From a virus (lineage: Duplodnaviria > Caudoviricetes): a stretch of 37,091 bases of DNA. Below, piece by piece: positions 29,151 to 36,631 of the stretch; position 1 is the first letter of the stretch; every line of letters begins with the position of its first letter. The stretch covers positions 1 through 37,091 of the IMG/VR virus record IMGVR_UViG_3300020044_007975; one strand, given 5' to 3'. The notes under the pieces were generated by a model. The model was not told the origin of the DNA and ran no database searches. It saw nothing but the letters and a program-made list of their open reading frames with translations. A program made the position numbers and the translations under genes.

Positions 29151-29966
29151 ATGACTAATATTATTGTTATCTACCATAAGAATTGTTTGGATGGCTTCGG
29201 TGCAGCTTATGCTGCATGGGTTAAATTTGGTGATAGTGCAGAATATATTGCTGCTTCGTATGGTGATGAGCCACCCGACGTAACTGATAAAAATGTGTTT
29301 ATTGTGGATTTTAGCTATCCACGTGAGACACTTATAAAAATGCGTGAAGCTGCGGCAGGTTTAGTTGTTTTAGACCATCATAAGACAGCAAAGGAAGCCC
29401 TTGAAGGGTTGCCATTTGCTATATTCGATATGGATAAGTCAGGGTGTGTGCTTACATGGGAGTATCTACATGACGAACCAATACCAGAATTATTGCAAGT
29501 TATCCAAGACCGCGACTTGTGGCAGTTTAAATTCCAAATGACTAAATCAATTAATGCAATGATGTTCCTTGAACCGTTTGATTTTAACAGATGGCATGAA
29601 ATTGTAAGTGCAGGTATTCATGGGCTAGATGAATTGGCTGCATTTGGCAATGTAGTGTTAAAAGCACATACACAGCAAGTTGATATAGCTTGTAAGTGCG
29701 CACATTCTGTTACTTTGAACGAGATATTAGGTTTAGCGGCTAACGCTCCGCCTAATTTAGCAAGCGATTTAGGGCATAAACTGGCTTTAGAGTCTGGTAC
29801 GTTTGGTCTTGTGTACAGTTATAACGGGGCTAAAGATGAATGGTTATGCAACTTACGCTCAAACGGTGATTTTGATGTGTCTGCTATTGCTAAGAGCTAT
29901 GGCGGCGGCGGGCATAAGAACGCGGCAGGGTTTATCGTTAAAGGCGTTCCAGGGTGGTTAAGATGA
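29151..29966 (+). CDS. DHH/DHHA1-family phosphoesterase (NrnB-like)
   Basis: YHKNCLDG, VDFS, LDHHKT, DRDLW, GGGGHKNAAGF. Confidence 0.92.
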   Translation: MTNIIVIYHKNCLDGFGAAYAAWVKFGDSAEYIAASYGDEPPDVTDKNVFIVDFSYPRETLIKMREAAAGLVVLDHHKTAKEALEGLPFAIFDMDKSGCVLTWEYLHDEPIPELLQVIQDRDLWQFKFQMTKSINAMMFLEPFDFNRWHEIVSAGIHGLDELAAFGNVVLKAHTQQVDIACKCAHSVTLNEILGLAANAPPNLASDLGHKLALESGTFGLVYSYNGAKDEWLCNLRSNGDFDVSAIAKSYGGGGHKNAAGFIVKGVPGWLR

Positions 29967-30466
29967 AATATAAATCCTGTTATTTCACTTTAGCGGCTGT
30001 TTTGTGCATTAGCGGCTGTACCGAAAGCCTAAGTCTAAAACACATGGAAATAGAAACAAGGACGGAATTTCTCAACAAATATGTTTGGATAGCATCTAAA
30101 GACAGCAAGGGCAATATCATACCAGGTACGGAAAAGATTATTATTTGCGAGGGATATTTCAAGCCATTCAGCAAGGCAATGGAAGGTGCGGTATTTATTG
30201 GCAGTGCCGCTTTAATTGGTGCCGGGTTAAGTGGCTCTGGTGACAGCACTAATATTAGCAATCGGTCAACTGGTGGCAATTCAACAGGCGGTAATGCTAC
30301 TAGCCTAAGCAATGCAACTGGCGGTAATGCTGTTTCTAATAGCTTAAGTAATGCTAACAGCCTAAGTAATGCCAATGCACATAGCAGAAGCTCTATTATG
30401 CAACCTAAGCCACATTATTACCGCGAATTAAAACCACATGAGGTTAACGGTTATAAGCTAGATTAA
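29963..30466 (+). CDS. Putative lipoprotein with Ser/Asn/Gly repeats
   Basis: Lipobox-like ISGC; TGGN and SLSNA repeats. Confidence 0.65.
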   Translation: MKYKSCYFTLAAVLCISGCTESLSLKHMEIETRTEFLNKYVWIASKDSKGNIIPGTEKIIICEGYFKPFSKAMEGAVFIGSAALIGAGLSGSGDSTNISNRSTGGNSTGGNATSLSNATGGNAVSNSLSNANSLSNANAHSRSSIMQPKPHYYRELKPHEVNGYKLD

Positions 30467-30484
30467 GCTGATTATACGTCATTT

Positions 30485-30506
30485 TGTCGTATATCTTGCG
30501 TTATAC
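30485..30506 (+). mobile_element. Truncated attC-like half site at end of left array
   Basis: TTGC-GTTATAC at 30496-30506; partner arm missing. Confidence 0.45.
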
Positions 30507-30507
30507 G

Positions 30508-30696
30508 TCATGTTTTGCTGTTCACACAAAAAACAGAAACGGTGCTTTCGGCATCGCCGCTGGATGGCACTTTTATTTGTGCGCTAGAAACTGCGGCAAC
30601 ACACGTTTCCATATCTTTCATCCTAAATTCCCTTTCTATTTGTCCGCCACCAGTTGAAAGTGTGGCTATATAAATTAATAGCACTGATGTTTCCAT
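30508..30696 (-). CDS. Cassette-borne small hypothetical protein
   Basis: RBS GAGGGG supplied by attC-like site 30699-30781. Confidence 0.7.
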   Translation of the reverse strand: METSVLLIYIATLSTGGGQIEREFRMKDMETCVAAVSSAQIKVPSSGDAESTVSVFCVNSKT

Positions 30697-30698
30697 TG

Positions 30699-30781
30699 GT
30701 ATAACCCCTCATTCAACGCGACCGTTGGCCGCCAGTTCATTGTTTTGCGCCGTGCCGCGGCGCGTTAATTCTGCGTTATAC
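30699..30781 (+). mobile_element. attC: attC-like site (canonical top strand on +)
   Basis: GTATAAC-CCCTC-ATTCAACGCGA...CGCGTTAAT-TCTGC-GTTATAC with two unpaired bases. Confidence 0.85.
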
Positions 30782-30970
30782 GTCGCGTTGTTTTTGTAAA
30801 ATTTTTGAGCATTTGTCATGCTTATATTGTCGCCTGTTCTTATTGCAAACAGGGCAAATAAACGGGGTAAACACCCCTTGCCTTGTTGCAAGTTGCCGCG
30901 CTCTTTCTTCTAAAGCATCTATTTGGTCATATCTGACACTGCTGCCTGGGCTTGCGTTTCTTTTTGCCAT
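30776..30970 (-). CDS. Cassette-borne small Cys/His protein
   Basis: CPVC...HDKC; TAA stop inside core site. Confidence 0.7.
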   Translation of the reverse strand: MAKRNASPGSSVRYDQIDALEERARQLATRQGVFTPFICPVCNKNRRQYKHDKCSKILQKQRDV

Positions 30971-30983
30971 TGTTTACCCCTCT

Positions 30984-31067
30984 GTATAACCCCTCATACA
31001 AGCCGACGTATTAACGCCAGCGGTTTCGTTTGGCGCACCAAAGGCGCGGCTTAATTTTGCATTAGGA
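30984..31067 (+). mobile_element. attC: attC-like site with degenerate core (ATT for GTT)
   Basis: GTATAAC-CCCTC-ATACAAGCCGACG...CGCGGCTTAAT-TTTGC-ATTAGGA. Confidence 0.8.
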
Positions 31068-31276
31068 GTGAGTTCGTGGTGTGCTGTTACGCCAAAGAGG
31101 GATTCAGCCTTACCGTCTCCGGGGTGCCCCCTCACTTCCGCCAAGCATCCCCGCTCCCTCGGTTTCAGCACCATGCCTTTGGTGTCGCTGAGCCGCTCTG
31201 TAGCACTTGGGTACTTCGCCTCACTCTTTAAAAGGTGGCTGCTTCTAAGCCAACTTCCCACAAACTCACTCCTAAT
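31061..31276 (-). ncRNA. Structured RNA mimicking the 23S rRNA L11-binding (H43/H44) domain, with 130-nt insertion
   Basis: 19-bp closing stem enclosing GGAAGTTGGCTTAGAAGCAGCCACCTTTTAAAGAGT and GCGTAACAGCACAC. Confidence 0.85.
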
Positions 31277-31409
31277 TTTTTACTTTCTTTGCTTTTTAGT
31301 TATAAGTGCGTTACAAGATAGGCGAATTCCCAAGCTACACCAATTATCGCAAATGCTGTAGGCCAATTCATATTATCTCCTTTTGCTGTTGTGTTGCATA
31401 AACCATCAT

Positions 31410-31682
31410 TTAGAACGGCGGTTCATAAAAATTATCCGCATTATTATTTACGGGATTATTAGATTGTGCCTTATTATCCGGCGCATACATTGATACCAGT
31501 ATTTCGCTATTCCCCCTGCCAAGTTCAAGCGCACAAATTCCGGCAAGCGTAACCAAGTCAAACCGCGCATATTCGCCCTTTTGGTTTTCCTCAATCGTGC
31601 CAACTTGCTTATAACGGCCTTTTTCCTGCCCGTTACGGTCGGTGTATGTTCCTGTTTTAATGCTTAGTAGATATTTGCTCAT
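31410..31682 (-). CDS. SSB-like protein
   Basis: GTYTDRNGQEK.RY..VG, flexible tail ending EPPF; near ERF. Confidence 0.65.
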   Translation of the reverse strand: MSKYLLSIKTGTYTDRNGQEKGRYKQVGTIEENQKGEYARFDLVTLAGICALELGRGNSEILVSMYAPDNKAQSNNPVNNNADNFYEPPF

Positions 31683-31918
31683 TATTTATCCTTGTTAAGT
31701 TCAGTTAATAGAGAATCTGCCCATTTAACGGCATACACGGACATATTATCTATAGTCCCATTATCTGGGTGTGCTGTATTAGGATCTGCCGCAAATCCAG
31801 CCATTATCTGAATTGCGGCATATTCGCGCTTAGACATGCCGCGCATAGGTATTATGCCGTGGGCGGATTCTGGGGAAAACGGGAATGCTGGTTCATTTGC
31901 TTGTTTTTCTGTACTCAT
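31682..31918 (-). CDS. Conserved small phage protein
   Basis: PAFP...GMSKREYAA...ADSLL.EL pattern. Confidence 0.8.
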   Translation of the reverse strand: MSTEKQANEPAFPFSPESAHGIIPMRGMSKREYAAIQIMAGFAADPNTAHPDNGTIDNMSVYAVKWADSLLTELNKDK

Positions 31919-32658
31919 TGTTGCCCCTGTAATTCATTAAGTCTGAATGAATCTAATTTATCCGAGATTATCTGCTCAAAATCAGACTGCTGTTCAGGCG
32001 TTAGCCTTTCACAAATAGCCGTAACCTGCTCCATTGTTTCGGCTGCGTCTATTTGCTGGTCGATAGGTGTTAGTTCCAGTTTCTTTTTATCTTTCTTGAC
32101 GATTATATCCTGTGTTCTGTTTTTGGATGGTATAGACGACCAAACCGCGCTTAATTGTGCTAATGTCTGGCATCCGTAGATTGCATCAGTCCAATTAGTT
32201 TCTGATTTAGGTGTAGCTGGCGCGGGCTTTTGCAATTGCTTGTTATGGTCTAGGATAGACACCTTTTTATCATCCGCAAGCGCATCCACTTGGTCGTCTT
32301 CAGTAATTTCCATTGCCTGAACCCACAAGTAGCGTCTGACATAGGTTTGTTGCGCTCCTATGTTTTGTATTGGCGTGCCTTGTCGTAACCCTGCTTCCGC
32401 CTTAAGGCATGAAAACTCAATAGGTGCACATTCTTGTTGGGTGTCGTGAATACGCAAGTAAGCATACGATTCTCCACTAAAATCAGTAATACCAACAAGC
32501 CCTATCTCATGGAAGATATCATTTATTGCTGGCATGAAGTCTTTAAGTTCAAAATATTTAAATCCAGCCCCAAACGCATTTTTCCCTGTTTTTTGCAAGT
32601 TAGCATCATTGAGCCGCTTTCTTGCTTCTTGTAACTTTGCATAAATACTTTTATTCAT
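31915..32658 (-). CDS. erf: ERF-family ssDNA annealing protein
   Basis: KTGKN..FKYFEL.D, QNIGAQQTYVRRY. Confidence 0.85.
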   Translation of the reverse strand: MNKSIYAKLQEARKRLNDANLQKTGKNAFGAGFKYFELKDFMPAINDIFHEIGLVGITDFSGESYAYLRIHDTQQECAPIEFSCLKAEAGLRQGTPIQNIGAQQTYVRRYLWVQAMEITEDDQVDALADDKKVSILDHNKQLQKPAPATPKSETNWTDAIYGCQTLAQLSAVWSSIPSKNRTQDIIVKKDKKKLELTPIDQQIDAAETMEQVTAICERLTPEQQSDFEQIISDKLDSFRLNELQGQQ

Positions 32659-32827
32659 CGTCCGTCCTTGCGTCTGCCTTTGCGTTAATTTCATAATCCA
32701 ATGCAGCCATTTTTTCAATCCATTTTATAGCTTCATGGATAGGATTGCGTGTTTTGTGGTCAATAAGCCCAATCCTTGATAATTCACTGCGACAGCATTT
32801 GATTGCTGTTATGGCTTCTTCATTCAT
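32651..32827 (-). CDS. Hypothetical protein (58 aa)
   Basis: Manual translation MNEEAITAIK...; fills operon gap. Confidence 0.5.
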   Translation of the reverse strand: MNEEAITAIKCCRSELSRIGLIDHKTRNPIHEAIKWIEKMAALDYEINAKADARTDDE

Positions 32828-32830
32828 TGC

Positions 32831-33001
32831 TCAACTCCTGCTCACTTTTTCAGCCAATTCCAACACAAAGTTATTAACAACCAAGCTATCCATTTCTAAG
32901 GCCAATTCATGCGCCATAATCATTATCTTGGCGCGTTCTTTTGCTCGTTCTGTTTCGGCAAATTCCAGCATTTCTGCCGCATCAAATACGTTAGTTTTCA
33001 T
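32831..33001 (-). CDS. Hypothetical protein
   Basis: ATGA overlap with upstream gene. Confidence 0.6.
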   Translation of the reverse strand: MKTNVFDAAEMLEFAETERAKERAKIMIMAHELALEMDSLVVNNFVLELAEKVSRS

Positions 33002-33510
33002 AGCTCGATTTCGCCACTGTTCAATCTGGTGCAAACGTCATTGATAACTTTATCAATATGGTATGTATACAATGGGGATGGGTTTACATCGCTAATAACA
33101 ATCCATTTCCCAGAGTGGTCAAAGCATGGTCTACAATTATGCTGTCCAACTATAGGCACATATTCACCATATTCCCTAATGACCGAATTAAGCCTTGAGA
33201 CAGCACGTAAAAGCTTATGCTTTTCGATTGCGTCTTCTTCTGTCTTGCAGATCATTGAGGAATCTACAAATCCATCGAGCCACATTGTAGAATAATATGG
33301 CGCAGAGTTATCGGTAGGATAGCCCCAGCCCTTCTTTAATGGCTTCCACTTATCTTTTTGTGGCTCTTGTTTTGGCTGCTCGCGTTCCAATAGCTCTATT
33401 GTTGCATCAATGACTTCATTCAATACAGCATATATGTGACCAGTGCCAATAGCACCAGCCTGGTTTTCACTGGTTTTTAAGTTTCGTAATTTTTCGATTT
33501 TGTCTTTCAT
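32998..33510 (-). CDS. Hypothetical protein
   Basis: 170-aa ORF, ATGA overlaps. Confidence 0.75.
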   Translation of the reverse strand: MKDKIEKLRNLKTSENQAGAIGTGHIYAVLNEVIDATIELLEREQPKQEPQKDKWKPLKKGWGYPTDNSAPYYSTMWLDGFVDSSMICKTEEDAIEKHKLLRAVSRLNSVIREYGEYVPIVGQHNCRPCFDHSGKWIVISDVNPSPLYTYHIDKVINDVCTRLNSGEIEL

Positions 33511-33740
33511 CGGAATAGCCCCTTTTCAAAGGGAAATAAGCATTCGTTTAGCTTCTCATAATCGTCGTCATAATCGCCCGTAATGTCGGTACTGGCGGTT
33601 ATGATGTCGTCACCGCGCTCATCCATTAATCGCTGTTTTATGCGTGTAGAATAATTTACTGTCTTGATAGCTACTTCCTCACTATTAGCTTCAATTAAGC
33701 CGGTTGCTTGCGTGGTTAATGTGACTTCATAAATAGGCAT
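33507..33740 (-). CDS. Hypothetical protein
   Basis: MPIYEVTL...IEANSEE.A; AGGTGG RBS. Confidence 0.7.
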   Translation of the reverse strand: MPIYEVTLTTQATGLIEANSEEVAIKTVNYSTRIKQRLMDERGDDIITASTDITGDYDDDYEKLNECLFPFEKGLFR

Positions 33741-33869
33741 ATATCCACCTAACAACAGTCCAAAGACCGATAAAGCATAATCCTGAGAATATCCCGCATA
33801 GCAAAAATGCGGCAAATATATTGGCTTTTTTAGGCTTATTAATTTCTAGAAAAAATTCTTCGTCTAGCA

Positions 33870-34079
33870 TCAGTGCATCACCTTTACTTTTATGTTGCCT
33901 CTTGTTTCAGCGAATTCCAGCATCTGATATCCTATATAAAAAAGCTCCGATATTTTTTCAAAATCTTTAACAATATTGTTTGGTATCGCTTCACTAAACA
34001 ATAACACGCGCTTACCGTTAAGATAGCCATGCACCATGTGCAGATAAGTTCCGGCACTGATTTTTAAATGGTTTTCCAT
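33870..34079 (-). CDS. Hypothetical protein
   Basis: 69-aa ORF in early-left operon. Confidence 0.6.
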   Translation of the reverse strand: MENHLKISAGTYLHMVHGYLNGKRVLLFSEAIPNNIVKDFEKISELFYIGYQMLEFAETRGNIKVKVMH

Positions 34080-34200
34080 ATTTAACTATCCCATGAATCG
34101 GTTAATTGCTTAACAAGCAACAGAAAAATTCCGCAGAATGCAGACAACATGCCAAACACGCATAAGACCGGGGTTATAAATTCAAATAAGTTCATTGTCT

Positions 34201-34410
34201 TTAATAATCAAATACTGGAATTATCAACGGCAGGTGCATGTAATTTCGGAAACTACCATCAATAATTTCACAGCCATGATCGTTAAACATGTCTTCTGTC
34301 ATTAGCTCGCTGTCTTCGGCCAATTCTTGAATAGCGATCATTGCCATATTATCAGCCTCACTTCCATCGCTTGTTAGTTTAATTACGCCTTCTATAATTT
34401 CTACTTTCAT
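34201..34410 (-). CDS. Acidic hypothetical protein
   Basis: Start MKVEII after repeated leader with AGGTGAGGG. Confidence 0.65.
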   Translation of the reverse strand: MKVEIIEGVIKLTSDGSEADNMAMIAIQELAEDSELMTEDMFNDHGCEIIDGSFRNYMHLPLIIPVFDY

Positions 34411-34411
34411 G

Positions 34412-34788
34412 CCCTCACCTTTGGGTAAAATTAAATGTTCCTGAAAATATCTTTGCTTCCACTCCGTCAATACCGATGAGTCGAAACCGAAATAGTGCTA
34501 TCAGTCACGCTTTCAACGTGCTGCAAATGCTCCTCTGCCGATTTCATTTCTTTGCGCGCCTGCTCTGCCTTCAGGCGTAGGCACGTTATTGCGTACTCTT
34601 TCGCAGAATCGAAATCCTCAAAATACCTAACGCCATCGGACCCTTTCGAAACCCGCTAACCTCCAATAAAAACCGATGCGTCAGTAACCTTTTCCGCTAC
34701 GACTTTGACAAACTCGAAAGTCCATCGAGACTTAACGCGCCACACGTCAACCATACTGCTCCCTCACTTTTGGGTAAAATTAAATGTT
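34412..34788 (-). repeat. 28-bp leader direct repeat
   Basis: AACATTTAATTTTACCCAAARGTGAGGG at 34412-34439 and 34761-34788 (27/28). Confidence 0.92.
34467..34754 (-). pseudogene. 95-codon gene with in-frame TAG at codon 33
   Basis: MVDVWRVK...FIGG*RVSKGSDGVRYFEDFDSAKEY...; GAGGGAG RBS; TAG at 34656-34658. Confidence 0.7.
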
Positions 34789-34793
34789 GTGTA

Positions 34794-34876
34794 AGTATTG
34801 CACGTAAGCAATATCATGTCAAGCTATATCGTGAAATATTATTGACTTGACAAATTCCAACAATTGCATATATGCT
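34794..34876. promoter_or_regulatory. Divergent early promoters with operator
   Basis: Leftward TTGACA (34817-34822)-17-AATACT over TATTGC-N6-GCAATA; rightward TTGACA (34847)-18-TATGCT. Confidence 0.7.
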
Positions 34877-34883
34877 ATATGTT

Positions 34884-35069
34884 ATGAATATACAAACACT
34901 GCTAGAGAACCTATCTCAACACCTGTCTAATCGCAAAATTGCCTCTTTAGTTGGGGTTCATCCTACAACTATAGGCAGGTTACGCACCGGTAAAGTTAAC
35001 AGTGACAGAGCATCGTCTAAAACTATACGAGCTTTAGAACTACTGGCAATAAATCTAGGGGTGAAGTGA
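34884..35069 (+). CDS. Cro/CI-like HTH regulator, probably leaderless
   Basis: LSNRKIASLVGVHPTTIGRLRTG; ATG 7 nt after -10 box. Confidence 0.85.
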   Translation: MNIQTLLENLSQHLSNRKIASLVGVHPTTIGRLRTGKVNSDRASSKTIRALELLAINLGVK

Positions 35070-35112
35070 TGAAGATTGCAGGACAAGACCATGCCACGCT
35101 TGGGAAGCTGCA

Positions 35113-35271
35113 ATGAACTTACATAAATACACGGATAAGCCGATGTCTGTTACCGATTTGTTCAAAGAAACTATCTTCTTTTGTGACAATAAGAAATCTG
35201 CCTGGAAATGCGCGAAATCAACTTTTAAAGACATAACCAAGTTGAGCAAAGCACTAAAGCATAGGTTATGA
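35113..35271 (+). CDS. Hypothetical protein (52 aa)
   Basis: Manual translation MNLHKYTDKP... Confidence 0.4.
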   Translation: MNLHKYTDKPMSVTDLFKETIFFCDNKKSAWKCAKSTFKDITKLSKALKHRL

Positions 35272-35287
35272 CGAACAGTTACTTACC

Positions 35288-35410
35288 GTATAACGCAAAA
35301 GTAAGATGACCGCCTGGAGACGAGGATAAATATCACTATGACGGCAAACCAAGACACCAGTGAGCAAATCTGTGTTACGGAGGCGGGTCAGCTTGACTGC
35401 CGGGTTAGGC
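35288..35410 (-). mobile_element. attC: attC-like site
   Basis: + strand GTATAAC-GCAAA-AGTAAGATGACCGCC...GGCGGGTCAGCTTGACT-GCCGG-GTTAGGC. Confidence 0.8.
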
Positions 35411-35652
35411 CGATTGCAACTGGCTATGTTAATTACGATGTTAGGGTTAATTGCCCTAATTGCAAAAAAGACATTTATTTAAACCAATACCCGTACAACG
35501 ATGAAGAAACCGATTTTTCATTGACGGATGACGAACTTGGCTTGGCGCTTTTTGGAACAAAAACGAAGCCTGCGACTTGGGATAATTTTGAAATTGAATA
35601 CCAGTGTTGCAAATGCAGAAAACCGTTTGTATTAACTGGTATCGAAATATGA
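35338..35652 (+). CDS. Cassette-borne zinc-ribbon protein
   Basis: CPNC and CCKC; ATG inside attC loop. Confidence 0.75.
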   Translation: MTANQDTSEQICVTEAGQLDCRVRPIATGYVNYDVRVNCPNCKKDIYLNQYPYNDEETDFSLTDDELGLALFGTKTKPATWDNFEIEYQCCKCRKPFVLTGIEI

Positions 35653-35654
35653 CT

Positions 35655-35685
35655 AGCGGCCGTCCGCTGCAAAACAAGGTTAGGC
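35655..35685 (-). mobile_element. attC-like half site
   Basis: GTCCGCTGCA-AAACAAG-GTTAGGC; other arm not found. Confidence 0.5.
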
Positions 35686-35707
35686 CTGCGGGCCGGAGAG
35701 AAAGACG

Positions 35708-35902
35708 ATGCACCTCAAGATTTCTGGCGTTCGCGTCATGTTCCAAGCCGTCGAATCGTTCGCCTTTGACGAGGCCGCTTGCGAACTGGTGGTGAGAACA
35801 GTCAGCGGCGCAGAACATCGGCACTCGGTGCTGGACAAGGCAGAGGCCGACAAGATCGCAGACGCGCTTATTGAGCGTATGTCGCTGTGTGATTCGTTGT
35901 GA
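35708..35902 (+). CDS. Cassette-borne GC-rich hypothetical protein
   Basis: GGAG RBS; bounded by GTTAGGC and GCCTAAC. Confidence 0.7.
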   Translation: MHLKISGVRVMFQAVESFAFDEAACELVVRTVSGAEHRHSVLDKAEADKIADALIERMSLCDSL

Positions 35903-35903
35903 T

Positions 35904-35987
35904 GCCTAACGCAGAATTAAGCCGCGCTGCACCGGCGCGAAACGAAGCCGCCGACGGCAAAGCGTCGGCTTGAATGAGGGGTTATAC
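35904..35987 (-). mobile_element. attC: attC-like site
   Basis: Minus strand GTATAAC-CCCTC-ATTCAAGCCGACGC...GCGCGGCTTAATTC-TGC-GTTAGGC, close to aadA-type attC as recalled. Confidence 0.9.
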
Positions 35988-36182
35988 GTGAATGATAATT
36001 GGATACTTGGTTACGTTATTGAGTTTTCTGACGGCGGTGAGCCTGAAATTCAAATTTTACACAAGGGGTCAGAAGAAAGTTGCGAAAAAATGGCTAATTT
36101 ACTGCCAGCCGTGTCATATAGCGGCGACAGGCCAAACCCAAGTGCTTCGCTTAGATGGATGCCTGTTGGAAGTGACGGATAA
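35988..36182 (+). CDS. Cassette-borne hypothetical protein
   Basis: GTG start after attC-supplied GAGGGG; TAA in next core site. Confidence 0.7.
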   Translation: MNDNWILGYVIEFSDGGEPEIQILHKGSEESCEKMANLLPAVSYSGDRPNPSASLRWMPVGSDG

Positions 36183-36262
36183 CGCAAAGCTAAGGGGCGC
36201 GATTGATGAGTGAAGAAACACCACAAACGGTGGGCGCGTCCCACTTGAGCGACGGGTTAGGC
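36177..36262 (-). mobile_element. attC: attC-like site
   Basis: + strand GGATAAC-GCAAA-GCTAAGGGGCGCG...CGCGTCCCACTTGAGC-GACGG-GTTAGGC. Confidence 0.85.
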
Positions 36263-36266
36263 TGAA

Positions 36267-36443
36267 ATGATAAGATTTTGTGACGAATGTGGTTTGCCTT
36301 TGAATAATGAAGAAATTGAATATTACGAGACACGGTGCGAACAGTGCGAGCGGGAATGGCTTGAGGACATTACAGCTTGGCGCAAAGGAGCTAAAAATGA
36401 CAAATTTGACAAGCTTTATTCGATTGCCCGGATTTTAAACTGA
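36267..36443 (+). CDS. Cassette-borne small Zn-finger protein (58 aa)
   Basis: MIRFCDECG...RCEQCE. Confidence 0.65.
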   Translation: MIRFCDECGLPLNNEEIEYYETRCEQCEREWLEDITAWRKGAKNDKFDKLYSIARILN

Positions 36444-36550
36444 TGAACGAATTACAAAAAGAGCTGTGCATAGGTTTTACTTTTGGGTTTATAGCCGCTT
36501 CTGGGCTATTTTTGATTGCCTTGGTATTTTTTACCGATTGTGCCGCCTAA
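36443..36550 (+). CDS. Small membrane peptide (35 aa)
   Basis: TGATG overlap; TAA in GCCTAAC. Confidence 0.5.
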   Translation: MNELQKELCIGFTFGFIAASGLFLIALVFFTDCAA

Positions 36551-36631
36551 CGCAAAGCTAACCGGGCGCGACAATGACGACAATTAAACAAGACAATGCT
36601 TCAAGCGCTCCGGTTGAGCGACGGGTTAGGC
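36545..36631 (-). mobile_element. attC: attC-like site
   Basis: + strand GCCTAAC-GCAAA-GCTAACCGGGCGC...GCGCTCCGGTTGAGC-GACGG-GTTAGGC. Confidence 0.9.

Larger units (their letters stand above)
28733..29991 (+). repeat. Gene-junction repeats
   Basis: TGTRTAGARCCATGA at 28733, 28903, 29140; 27/29-nt repeat at 29104-29132 and 29963-29991. Confidence 0.9.

Noticed and set aside
30709-30891. 60-aa ORF ending NAELTRRG...GRVE
   Set aside because: Alternative-frame read-through of the attC-like site overlapping the better-supported 30776-30970 gene.
31079-31258. Genuine rRNA gene or host contamination
   Set aside because: Only about 50 nt match 23S, split by a non-rRNA insert and closed by a non-rRNA stem; both flanks are phage-like.
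30974-31261. 95-aa minus-strand ORF (and 31068-31361 plus-strand ORF)
   Set aside because: Overlaps the rRNA-like RNA and an attC-like site; its start is buried in the 19-bp stem. The sequence is better explained by RNA structure, though translation is not excluded.
34473-34506. Hammerhead-ribozyme-like CCGATGA...GAAA...TC
   Set aside because: Core has C instead of the conserved U, stem II is poor, no stem I pairing, and it lies antisense to a coding frame.
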